Positions 1 to 12,200 of a stretch of DNA of 64,000 nucleotides are shown one piece after another. Under the pieces are notes generated by a model. It saw only the letters and a program-made list of their open reading frames with translations. It did no database searches and was not told where the DNA came from. This DNA comes from Auanema rhodensis (lineage: Eukaryota > Animalia > Nematoda). Position numbers and translations under genes: made by a program. The first letter of the stretch is position 1, and each line of letters begins with the position of its first letter. The DNA lies in contig OZ059894.1 in NCBI GenBank assembly GCA_964057225.1, positions 22,816,001 through 22,880,000 of the forward strand, read 5' to 3'.

Positions 1-76
1 GATTCCATTTTTCAAGGCAAAGACGATGGACAATGTTATTCAACGAAAAAATCAATTCTTCAGGGTGAAAATCGAG

Positions 77-98
77 GATATAAGTGTGAACTTATATC
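77..98. other. Per-monomer inverted repeat: 9-bp stem, GTGA loop
   Basis: GATATAAGT (77-85) is the reverse complement of ACTTATATC (90-98). Confidence 0.9.
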
Positions 99-108
99 AG
101 TTGATATC

Positions 109-175
109 TCGGTGCATTTTTAAGCTAGCGCAAATCTGATAACACAGATCGACGCAGCTTAAAAATCCGCATCGA
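109..175. other. Per-monomer long nested inverted repeat (67 nt, about 26 bp)
   Basis: TCGGTGC/GCATCGA (one G.T), ATTTTTAAGCT (116-126)/AGCTTAAAAAT (156-166), GCG/CGC, ATCTG (134-138)/CAGAT (145-149), loop ATAACA. Confidence 0.88.
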
Positions 176-249
176 ATGCACTATACTACATTGAGAAACG
201 ATTAATACAAAAAATAGTTATGATCGTTTGAAAAATGATGCATTAGTGT

Positions 250-277
250 ATGTTGAGTTTCCATGTACACTCAACAT
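250..277. other. Per-monomer inverted repeat: 9-bp stem, 10-nt loop
   Basis: ATGTTGAGT (250-258) is the reverse complement of ACTCAACAT (269-277). Confidence 0.9.
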
Positions 278-3200
278 TGCTTCCAAAAACATTTTGACAA
301 AAATGTTTTCGAAAAATTTCAGAATAATTTAGCAAAAAGTAGATGTTTTTAGATTCCATTTTTCAAGGCAAAGACGATGGACAATGTTATTCAACGAAAA
401 AATCAATTCTTCAGGGTGAAAATCGAGGATATAAGTGTGAACTTATATCAGTTGATATCTCGGTGCATTTTTAAGCTAGCGCAAATCTGATAACACAGAT
501 CGACGCAGCTTAAAAATCCGCATCGAATGCACTATACTACATTAAGAAACGCTTAATACAAAAATTAGTTATGATCGTTTGAAAAATGATGCATTAGTGT
601 ATGTTGAGTTTCCATGTACACTCAACATTGCTTCCAAAAACATTTTGACAAAAATTTTTTCGAAAAATTTCAGAATAATTCAGCAAAAAGTAGATGATTT
701 TAGATTTCATTTTTCAAGGCAAAGACGATGAATAATGTTATTCAACGAAAAAATTAATTCTTCAGGGTGAAAATCGAGGATATAAGTGTGAACTTATATC
801 AGTTGATATCTCGGTGCATTTTTAAGCTAGCGCAAATCTGATAACACAGATCGACGCAGCTTAAAAATCCGCATCGAATGCACTATACTACATTAAGAAA
901 CGCTTAATACAAAAATTAGTTATGATCGTTTGAAAAATGATGCATTAGTGTATGTTGAGTTTCCATGTACACTCAACATTGCTTCCAAAAACATTTTGAC
1001 AAAAATTTTTTCGAAAAATTTCAGAATAATTTAGCAAAAAGTAGATGTTTTTAGATTCCATTTTTCAAGGCAAAGACGATGGACAATGTTATTCAACGAA
1101 AAAATCAATTCTTCAGGGTGAAAATCGAGGATATAAGTGTGAACTTATATCAGTTGATATCTCGGTGCATTTTTAAGCTAGCGCAAATCTGATAACACAG
1201 ATCGACGCAGCTTAAAAATCCGCATCGAATGCACTATACTACATTAAGAAACGCTTAATACAAAAATTAGTTATGATCGTTTGAAAAATGATGCATTAGT
1301 GTATGTTGAGTTTCCATGTACACTCAACATTGCTTCCAAAAACATTTTGACAAAAATTTTTTCGAAAAATTTCAGAATAATTTAGCAAAAAGTAGATGTT
1401 TTTAGATTCCATTTTTCAAGGCAAAGACGATGGACAATGTTATTCAACGAAAAAATCAATTCTTCAGGGTGAAAATCGAGGATATAAGTGTGAACTTATA
1501 TCAGTTGATATCTCGGTGCATTTTTAAGCTAGCGCAAATCTGATAACACAGATCGACGCAGCTTAAAAATCCGCATCGAATGCACTATACTACATTAAGA
1601 AACGCTTAATACAAAAATTAGTTATGATCGTTTGAAAAATGATGCATTAGTGTATGTTGAGTTTCCATGTACACTCAACATTGCTTCCAAAAACATTTTG
1701 ACAAAAATTTTTTCGAAAAATTTCAGAATAATTCAGCAAAAAGTAGATGATTTTAGATTCCATTTTTCAAGGCAAAGACGATGGACAATGTTATTCAACG
1801 AAAAAATCAATTCTTCAGGGTGAAAATCGAGGATATAAGTGTGAACTTATATCAGTTGATATCTCGGTGCATTTTTAAGCTAGCGCAAATCTGATAACAC
1901 AGATCGACGCAGCTTAAAAATCCGCATCGAATGCACTATACTACATTGAGAAACGATTAATACAAAAAATAGTTATGATCGTTTGAAAAATGATGCATTA
2001 GTGTATGTTGAGTTTCCATGTACACTCAACATTGCTTCCAAAAACATTTTGACAAAAATTTTTTCGAAAAATTTCAGAATAATTTAGCAAAAAGTAGATG
2101 TTTTTAGATTCCATTTTTCAAGGCAAAGACGATGGACAATGTTATTCAACGAAAAAATCAATTCTTCAGGGTGAAAATCGAGGATATAAGTGTGAACTTA
2201 TATCAGTTGATATCTCGGTGCATTTTTAAGCTAGCGCAAATCTGATAACACAGATCGACGCAGCTTAAAAATCCGCATCGAATGCACTATACTACATTGA
2301 GAAACGATTAATACAAAAAATAGTTATGATCGTTTGAAAAATGATGCATTAGTGTATGTTGAGTTTCCATGTACACTCAACATTGCTTCCAAAAACATTT
2401 TGACAAAAATGTTTTCGAAAAATTTCAGAATAATTTAGCAAAAAGTAGATGTTTTTAGATTCCATTTTTCAAGGCAAAGACGATGGACAATGTTATTCAA
2501 CGAAAAAATCAATTCTTCAGGGTGAAAATCGAGGATATAAGTGTGAACTTATATCAGTTGATATCTCGGTGCATTTTTAAGCTAGCGCAAATCTGATAAC
2601 ACAGATCGACGCAGCTTAAAAATCCGCATCGAATGCACTATACTACATTAAGAAACGCTTAATACAAAAATTAGTTATGATCGTTTGAAAAATGATGCAT
2701 TAGTGTATGTTGAGTTTCCATGTACACTCAACATTGCTTCCAAAAACATTTTGACAAAAATTTTTTCGAAAAATTTCAGAATAATTCAGCAAAAAGTAGA
2801 TGATTTTAGATTTCATTTTTCAAGGCAAAGACGATGAATAATGTTATTCAACGAAAAAATTAATTCTTCAGGGTGAAAATCGAGGATATAAGTGTGAACT
2901 TATATCAGTTGATATCTCGGTGCATTTTTAAGCTAGCGCAAATCTGATAACACAGATCGACGCAGCTTAAAAATCCGCATCGAATGCACTATACTACATT
3001 AAGAAACGCTTAATACAAAAATTAGTTATGATCGTTTGAAAAATGATGCATTAGTGTATGTTGAGTTTCCATGTACACTCAACATTGCTTCCAAAAACAT
3101 TTTGACAAAAATTTTTTCGAAAAATTTCAGAATAATTTAGCAAAAAGTAGATGTTTTTAGATTCCATTTTTCAAGGCAAAGACGATGGACAATGTTATTC

Positions 3201-6200
3201 AACGAAAAAATCAATTCTTCAGGGTGAAAATCGAGGATATAAGTGTGAACTTATATCAGTTGATATCTCGGTGCATTTTTAAGCTAGCGCAAATCTGATA
3301 ACACAGATCGACGCAGCTTAAAAATCCGCATCGAATGCACTATACTACATTAAGAAACGCTTAATACAAAAATTAGTTATGATCGTTTGAAAAATGATGC
3401 ATTAGTGTATGTTGAGTTTCCATGTACACTCAACATTGCTTCCAAAAACATTTTGACAAAAATTTTTTCGAAAAATTTCAGAATAATTCAGCAAAAAGTA
3501 GATGATTTTAGATTCCATTTTTCAAGGCAAAGACGATGGACAATGTTATTCAACGAAAAAATCAATTCTTCAGGGTGAAAATCGAGGATATAAGTGTGAA
3601 CTTATATCAGTTGATATCTCGGTGCATTTTTAAGCTAGCGCAAATCTGATAACACAGATCGACGCAGCTTAAAAATCCGCATCGAATGCACTATACTACA
3701 TTGAGAAACGATTAATACAAAAAATAGTTATGATCGTTTGAAAAATGATGCATTAGTGTATGTTGAGTTTCCATGTACACTCAACATTGCTTCCAAAAAC
3801 ATTTTGACAAAAATTTTTTCGAAAAATTTCAGAATAATTTAGCAAAAAGTAGATGTTTTTAGATTCCATTTTTCAAGGCAAAGACGATGGACAATGTTAT
3901 TCAACGAAAAAATCAATTCTTCAGGGTGAAAATCGAGGATATAAGTGTGAACTTATATCAGTTGATATCTCGGTGCATTTTTAAGCTAGCGCAAATCTGA
4001 TAACACAGATCGACGCAGCTTAACAATCCGCATCGAATGCACTATACTACATTGAAAAACGCTTAATACAAAAATTAGTTATGATCGTTTGAAAAATGAT
4101 GCATTAGTGTATGTTGAGTTTCCATGTACACTCAACATTGCTTCCAAAAACATTTTGACAAAAATTTTTTCGAAAAATTTCAGAATAATTTAGCGAAAAG
4201 TAGATGTTTTTAGATTCCATTTTTCAAGGCAAAGACGATGGACAATGTTATTCAACGAAAAAATCAATTCTTCAGGGTGAAAATCGAGGATATAAGTGTG
4301 AACTTATATCAGTTGATATCTCGGTGCATTTTTAAGCTAGCGCAAATCTGATAACACAGATCGACGCAGCTTAAAAATCCGCATCGAATGCACTATACTA
4401 CATTAAGAAACGCTTAATACAAAAATTAGTTATGATCGTTTGAAAAATGATGCATTAGTGTATGTTGAGTTTCCATGTACACTCAACATTGCTTCCAAAA
4501 ACATTTTGACAAAAATTTTTTCGAAAAATTTCAGAATAATTCAGCAAAAAGTAGATGATTTTAGATTCCATTTTTCAAGGCAAAGACGATGGACAATGTT
4601 ATTCAACGAAAAAATCAATTCTTCAGGGTGAAAATCGAGGATATAAGTGTGAACTTATATCAGTTGATATCTCGGTGCATTTTTAAGCTAGCTCAAATCT
4701 GATAACACAGATCGACGCAGCTTAAAAATCCGCATCGAATGCACTATACTACATTGAGAAACGATTAATACAAAAAATAGTTATGATCGTTTGAAAAATG
4801 ATGCATTAGTGTATGTTGAGTTTCCATGTACACTCAACATTGCTTCCAAAAACATTTTGACAAAAATTTTTTCGAAAAATTTCAGAATAATTTAGCAAAA
4901 AGTAGATGTTTTTAGATTCCATTTTTCAAGGCAAAGACGATGGACAATGTTATTCAACGAAAAAATCAATTCTTCAGGGTGAAAATCGAGGATATAAGTG
5001 TGAACTTATATCAGTTGATATCTCGGTGTATTTTTAAGCTAGCGCAAATCTGATAACACAGATCGACGCAGCTTCAAAATCCGCATCGAATGCACTATAC
5101 TACATTGAAAAACGCTTAATACAAAAATTAGTTATTATCGTTTGAAAAATGATGCATTAGTGTATGTTGAGTTTCCATGTACACTCAACATTGCTTCCAA
5201 AAACATTTTGACAAAAATTTTTTCGAAAAATTTCAGAATAATTTAGCAAAAAGTAGATGTTTTTAGATTCCATTTTTCAAGGCAAAGACGATGGACAATG
5301 TTATTCAACGAAAAAATCAATTCTTCAGGGTGAAAATCGAGGATATAAGTGTGAACTTATATCGGTTGATATCTCGGTGCATTTTTAAGCTAGCGCAAAT
5401 CTGATAACACAGATCGACGCAGCTTAAAAATCCGCATCGAATGCACTATACTACATTGAGAAACGATTAATACAAAAAATAGTTATGATCGTTTGAAAAA
5501 TGATGCATTAGTGTATGTTGAGTTTCCATGTACACTCAACATTGCTTCCAAAAACATTTTGACAAAAATTTTTTCGAAAAATTTCAGAATAATTTAGCGA
5601 AAAGTAGATGTTTTTAAATTCCATTTTTCAAGGCAAAGACGATGGACAATGTTATTCAACGAAAAAATCAATTCTTCAGGGTGAAAATCGAGGATATAAG
5701 TGTGAACTTATATCAGTTGATATCTCGGTGCATTTTTAAGCTAGCGCAAATCTGATAACACAGATCGACGCAGCTTAAAAATCCGCATCGAATGCACTAT
5801 ACTACATTAAGAAACGCTTAATACAAAAATTAGTTATGATCGTTTGAAAAATGATGCATTAGTGTATGTTGAGTTTCCATGTACACTCAACATTGCTTCC
5901 AAAAACATTTTGACAAAAATTTTTTCGAAAAATTTCAGAATAATTCAGCAAAAAGTAGATGATTTTAGATTCCATTTTTCAAGGCAAAGACGATGGACAA
6001 TGTTATTCAACGAAAAAATCAATTCTTCAGGGTGAAAATCGAGGATATAAGTGTGAACTTATATCAGTTGATATCTCGGTGCATTTTTAAGCTAGCGCAA
6101 ATCTGATAACACAGATCGACGCAGCTTAAAAATCCGCATCGAATGCACTATACTACATTGAGAAACGATTAATACAAAAAATAGTTATGATCGTTTGAAA

Positions 6201-9200
6201 AATGATGCATTAGTGTATGTTGAGTTTCCATGTACACTCAACATTGCTTCCAAAAACATTTTGACAAAAATTTTTTCGAAAAATTTCAGAATAATTTAGC
6301 AAAAAGTAGATGTTTTTAGATTCCATTTTTCAAGGCAAAGACGATGGACAATGTTATTCAACGAAAAAATCAATTCTTCAGGGTGAAAATCGAGGATATG
6401 AGTGTGAACTTATATCAGTTGATATCTCGGTGCATTTTTAAGCTAGCGCAAATCTGATAACACAGATCGACGCAGCTTAAAAATCCGCATCGAATGCACT
6501 ATACTACATTGAGAAACGATTAATACAAAAATTAGTTATGATCGTTTGAAAAATGATGCATTAGTGTATGTTGAGTTTCCATGTACACTCAACATTGCTT
6601 CCAAAAACATTTTGACAAAAATTTTTTCGAAAAATTTCAGAATAATTTAGCAAAAAGTAGATGTTTTTAGATTCCATTTTTCAAGGCAAAGACGATGGAC
6701 AATGTTATTCAACGAAAAAATCAATTCTTCAGGGTGAAAATCGAGGATATAAGTGTGAACTTATATCGGTTGATATCTCGGTGCATTTTTAAGCTAGCGC
6801 AAATCTGATAACACAGATCGACGCAGCTTAAAAATCCGCATCGAATGCACTATACTACATTGAGAAACGATTAATACAAAAAATAGTTATGATCGTTTGA
6901 AAAATGATGCATTAGTGTATGTTGAGTTTCCATGTACACTCAACATTGCTTCCAAAAACATTTTGACAAAAATTTTTTCGAAAAATTTCAGAATAATTTA
7001 GCGAAAAGTAGATGTTTTTAAATTCCATTTTTCAAGGCAAAGACGATGGACAATGTTATTCAACGAAAAAATCAATTCTTCAGGGTGAAAATCGAGGATA
7101 TAAGTGTGAACTTATATCAGTTGATATCTCGGTGCATTTTTAAGCTAGCGCAAATCTGATAACACAGATCGACGCAGCTTAAAAATCCGCATCGAATGCA
7201 CTATACTACATTAAGAAACGCTTAATACAAAAATTAGTTATGATCGTTTGAAAAATGATGCATTAGTGTATGTTGAGTTTCCATGTACACTCAACATTGC
7301 TTCCAAAAACATTTTGACAAAAATTTTTTCGAAAAATTTCAGAATAATTCAGCAAAAAGTAGATGATTTTAGATTCCATTTTTCAAGGCAAAGACGATGG
7401 ACAATGTTATTCAACGAAAAAATCAATTCTTCAGGGTGAAAATCGAGGATATAAGTGTGAACTTATATCAGTTGATATCTCGGTGCATTTTTAAGCTAGC
7501 GCAAATCTGATAACACAGATCGACGCAGCTTAAAAATCCGCATCGAATGCACTATACTACATTGAGAAACGATTAATACAAAAAATAGTTATGATCGTTT
7601 GAAAAATGATGCATTAGTGTATGTTGAGTTTCCATGTACACTCAACATTGCTTCCAAAAACATTTTGACAAAAATTTTTTCGAAAAATTTCAGAATAATT
7701 TAGCAAAAAGTAGATGTTTTTAGATTCCATTTTTCAAGGCAAAGACGATGGACAATGTTATTCAACGAAAAAATCAATTCTTCAGGGTGAAAATCGAGGA
7801 TATAAGTGTGAACTTATATCAGTTGATATCTCGGTGCATTTTTAAGCTAGCGCAAATCTGATAACACAGATCGACGCAGCTTAACAATCCGCATCGAATG
7901 CACTATACTACATTGAAAAACGCTTAATACAAAAATTAGTTATGATCGTTTGAAAAATGATGCATTAGTGTATGTTGAGTTTCCATGTACACTCAACATT
8001 GCTTCCAAAAACATTTTGACAAAAATTTTTTCGAAAAATTTCAGAATAATTCAGCAAAAAGTAGATGATTTTAGATTCCATTTTTCAAGGCAAAGACGAT
8101 GGACAATGTTATTCAACGAAAAAATCAATTCTTCAGGGTGAAAATCGAGGATATAAGTGTGAACTTATATCAGTTGATATCTCGGTGCATTTTCAAGCTA
8201 GCTCAAATCTGATAACACAGATCGACGCAGCTTAAAAATCCGCATCGAATGCACTATACTACATTGAGAAACGATTAATACAAAAAATAGTTATGATCGT
8301 TTGAAAAATGATGCATTAGTGTATGTTGAGTTTCCATGTACACTCAACATTGCTTCCAAAAACATTTTGACAAAAATTTTTTCGAAAAATTTCAGAATAA
8401 TTTAGCAAAAAGTAGATGTTTTTAGATTCCATTTTTCAAGGCAAAGACGATGGACAATGTTATTCAACGAAAAAATCAATTCTTCAGGGTGAAAATCGAG
8501 GATATAAGTGTGAACTTATATCAGTTGATATCTCGGTGCATTTTTAAGCTAGCGCAAATCTGATAACACAGATCGACGCAGCTTAACAATCCGCATCGAA
8601 TGCACTATACTACATTGAAAAACGCTTAATACAAAAATTAGTTATGATCGTTTGAAAAATGATGCATTAGTGTATGTTGAGTTTCCATGTACACTCAACA
8701 TTGCTTCCAAAAACATTTTGACAAAAATTTTTTCGAAAAATTTCAGAATAATTCAGCAAAAAGTAGATGATTTTAGATTCCATTTTTCAAGGCAAAGACG
8801 ATGGACAATGTTATTCAACGAAAAAATCAATTCTTCAGGGTGAAAATCGAGGATATAAGTGTGAACTTATATCAGTTGATATCTCGGTGCATTTTTAAGC
8901 TAGCTCAAATCTGATAACACAGATCGACGCAGCTTAAAAATCCGCATCGAATGCACTATACTACATTGAGAAACGATTAATACAAAAAATAGTTATGATC
9001 GTTTGAAAAATGATGCATTAGTGTATGTTGAGTTTCCATGTACACTCAACATTGCTTCCAAAAACATTTTGACAAAAATTTTTTCGAAAAATTTCAGAAT
9101 AATTTAGCAAAAAGTAGATGTTTTTAGATTCCATTTTTCAAGGCAAAGACGATGGACAATGTTATTCAACGAAAAAATCAATTCTTCAGGGTGAAAATCG

Positions 9201-12200
9201 AGGATATAAGTGTGAACTTATATCAGTTGATATCTCGGTGTATTTTTAAGCTAGCGCAAATCTGATAACACAGATCGACGCAGCTTCAAAATCCGCATCG
9301 AATGCACTATACTACATTGAAAAACGCTTAATACAAAAATTAGTTATTATCGTTTGAAAAATGATGCATTAGTGTATGTTGAGTTTCCATGTACACTCAA
9401 CATTGCTTCCAAAAACATTTTGACAAAAATTTTTTCGAAAAATTTCAGAATAATTTAGCAAAAAGTAGATGTTTTTAGATTCCATTTTTCAAGGCAAAGA
9501 CGATGGACAATGTTATTCAACGAAAAAATCAATTCTTCAGGGTGAAAATCGAGGATATAAGTGTGAACTTATATCGGTTGATATCTCGGTGCATTTTTAA
9601 GCTAGCGCAAATCTGATAACACAGATCGACGCAGCTTAAAAATCCGCATCGAATGCACTATACTACATTGAGAAACGATTAATACAAAAAATAGTTATGA
9701 TCGTTTGAAAAATGATGCATTAGTGTATGTTGAGTTTCCATGTACACTCAACATTGCTTCCAAAAACATTTTGACAAAAATTTTTTCGAAAAATTTCAGA
9801 ATAATTTAGCGAAAAGTAGATGTTTTTAAATTCCATTTTTCAAGGCAAAGACGATGGACAATGTTATTCAACGAAAAAATCAATTCTTCAGGGTGAAAAT
9901 CGAGGATATAAGTGTGAACTTATATCAGTTGATATCTCGGTGCATTTTTAAGCTAGCGCAAATCTGATAACACAGATCGACGCAGCTTAAAAATCCGCAT
10001 CGAATGCACTATACTACATTAAGAAACGCTTAATACAAAAATTAGTTATGATCGTTTGAAAAATGATGCATTAGTGTATGTTGAGTTTCCATGTACACTC
10101 AACATTGCTTCCAAAAACATTTTGACAAAAATTTTTTCGAAAAATTTCAGAATAATTCAGCAAAAAGTAGATGATTTTAGATTCCATTTTTCAAGGCAAA
10201 GACGATGGACAATGTTATTCAACGAAAAAATCAATTCTTCAGGGTGAAAATCGAGGATATAAGTGTGAACTTATATCAGTTGATATCTCGGTGCATTTTT
10301 AAGCTAGCGCAAATCTGATAACACAGATCGACGCAGCTTAAAAATCCGCATCGAATGCACTATACTACATTGAGAAACGATTAATACAAAAAATAGTTAT
10401 GATCGTTTGAAAAATGATGCATTAGTGTATGTTGAGTTTCCATGTACACTCAACATTGCTTCCAAAAACATTTTGACAAAAATTTTTTCGAAAAATTTCA
10501 GAATAATTTAGCAAAAAGTAGATGTTTTTAGATTCCATTTTTCAAGGCAAAGACGATGGACAATGTTATTCAACGAAAAAATCAATTCTTCAGGGTGAAA
10601 ATCGAGGATATAAGTGTGAACTTATATCAGTTGATATCTCGGTGCATTTTTAAGCTAGCGCAAATCTGATAACACAGATCGACGCAGCTTAAAAATCCGC
10701 ATCGAATGCACTATACTACATTGAGAAACGATTAATACAAAAAATAGTTATGATCGTTTGAAAAATGATGCATTAGTGTATGTTGAGTTTCCATGTACAC
10801 TCAACATTGCTTCCAAAAACATTTTGACAAAAATTTTTTCGAAAAATTTCAGAATAATTTAGCAAAAAGTAGATGTTTTTAGATTCCATTTTTCAAGGCA
10901 AAGACGATGGACAATGTTATTCAACGAAAAAATCAATTCTTCAGGGTGAAAATCGAGGATATAAGTGTGAACTTATATCAGTTGATATCTCGGTGCATTT
11001 TTAAGCTAGCGCAAATCTGATAACACAGATCGACGCAGCTTAAAAATCCGCATCGAATGCACTATACTACATTGAGAAACGATTAATACAAAAAATAGTT
11101 ATGATCGTTTGAAAAATGATGCATTAGTGTATGTTGAGTTTCCATGTACACTCAACATTGCTTCCAAAAACATTTTGACAAAAATTTTTTCGAAAAATTT
11201 CAGAATAATTTAGCAAAAAGTAGATGTTTTTAGATTCCATTTTTCAAGGCAAAGACGATGGACAATGTTATTCAACGAAAAAATCAATTCTTCAGGGTGA
11301 AAATCGAGGATATAAGTGTGAACTTATATCAGTTGATATCTCGGTGCATTTTTAAGCTAGCGCAAATCTGATAACACAGATCGACGCAGCTTAACAATCC
11401 GCATCGAATGCACTATACTACATTGAAAAACGCTTAATACAAAAATTAGTTATGATCGTTTGAAAAATGATGCATTAGTGTATGTTGAGTTTCCATGTAC
11501 ACTCAACATTGCTTCCAAAAACATTTTGACAAAAATTTTTTCGAAAAATTTCAGAATAATTCAGCAAAAAGTAGATGATTTTAGATTCCATTTTTCAAGG
11601 CAAAGACGATGGACAATGTTATTCAACGAAAAAATCAATTCTTCAGGGTGAAAATCGAGGATATAAGTGTGAACTTATATCAGTTGATATCTCGGTGCAT
11701 TTTTAAGCTAGCTCAAATCTGATAACACAGATCGACGCAGCTTAAAAATCCGCATCGAATGCACTATACTACATTGAGAAACGATTAATACAAAAAATAG
11801 TTATGATCGTTTGAAAAATGATGCATTAGTGTATGTTGAGTTTCCATGTACACTCAACATTGCTTCCAAAAACATTTTGACAAAAATTTTTTCGAAAAAT
11901 TTCAGAATAATTTAGCAAAAAGTAGATGTTTTTAGATTCCATTTTTCAAGGCAAAGACGATGGACAATGTTATTCAACGAAAAAATCAATTCTTCAGGGT
12001 GAAAATCGAGGATATAAGTGTGAACTTATATCAGTTGATATCTCGGTGCATTTTTAAGCTAGCGCAAATCTGATAACACAGATCGACGCAGCTTAACAAT
12101 CCGCATCGAATGCACTATACTACATTGAAAAACGCTTAATACAAAAATTAGTTATGATCGTTTGAAAAATGATGCATTAGTGTATGTTGAGTTTCCATGT

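Larger units (their letters stand above)
1..351. repeat. Reference monomer (arbitrary register), containing several inverted repeats and many A/T tracts
   Basis: 112/351 G+C by hand count; inverted repeats at 77-98, 109-175, 250-277, 286-309 and a palindrome around the CG at 310-311. Confidence 0.97.

Noticed and set aside
10-63. Hammerhead ribozyme core on the minus strand (CTGAAGA at 63-57, GAAA at 13-10), as known from some animal satellites
   Set aside because: Sequence between the motifs (ATTG...CCTT) cannot form stem II and I found no stems I/III with a cleavage triplet; a covariance-model search would settle it.
308-322. CENP-B box
   Set aside because: TTCG....A is present but the required CGGG is absent (TCAG).
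294-328. Bacterial sigma70 promoter (TTGACA)
   Set aside because: No -10 hexamer at 16-18 bp spacing and no bacterial gene context.
1-351. Tandem 5S rRNA, tRNA, snRNA or spliced-leader gene cluster
   Set aside because: No recognisable 5S, cloverleaf or SL leader sequence on either strand; an Rfam search was not possible.
1-351. Assignment to a known satellite (alpha satellite, Drosophila 359-bp, plant CEN180, beetle 340-360-bp families)
   Set aside because: Only length/AT content is similar to some; I recognise no sequence match and cannot run a search.
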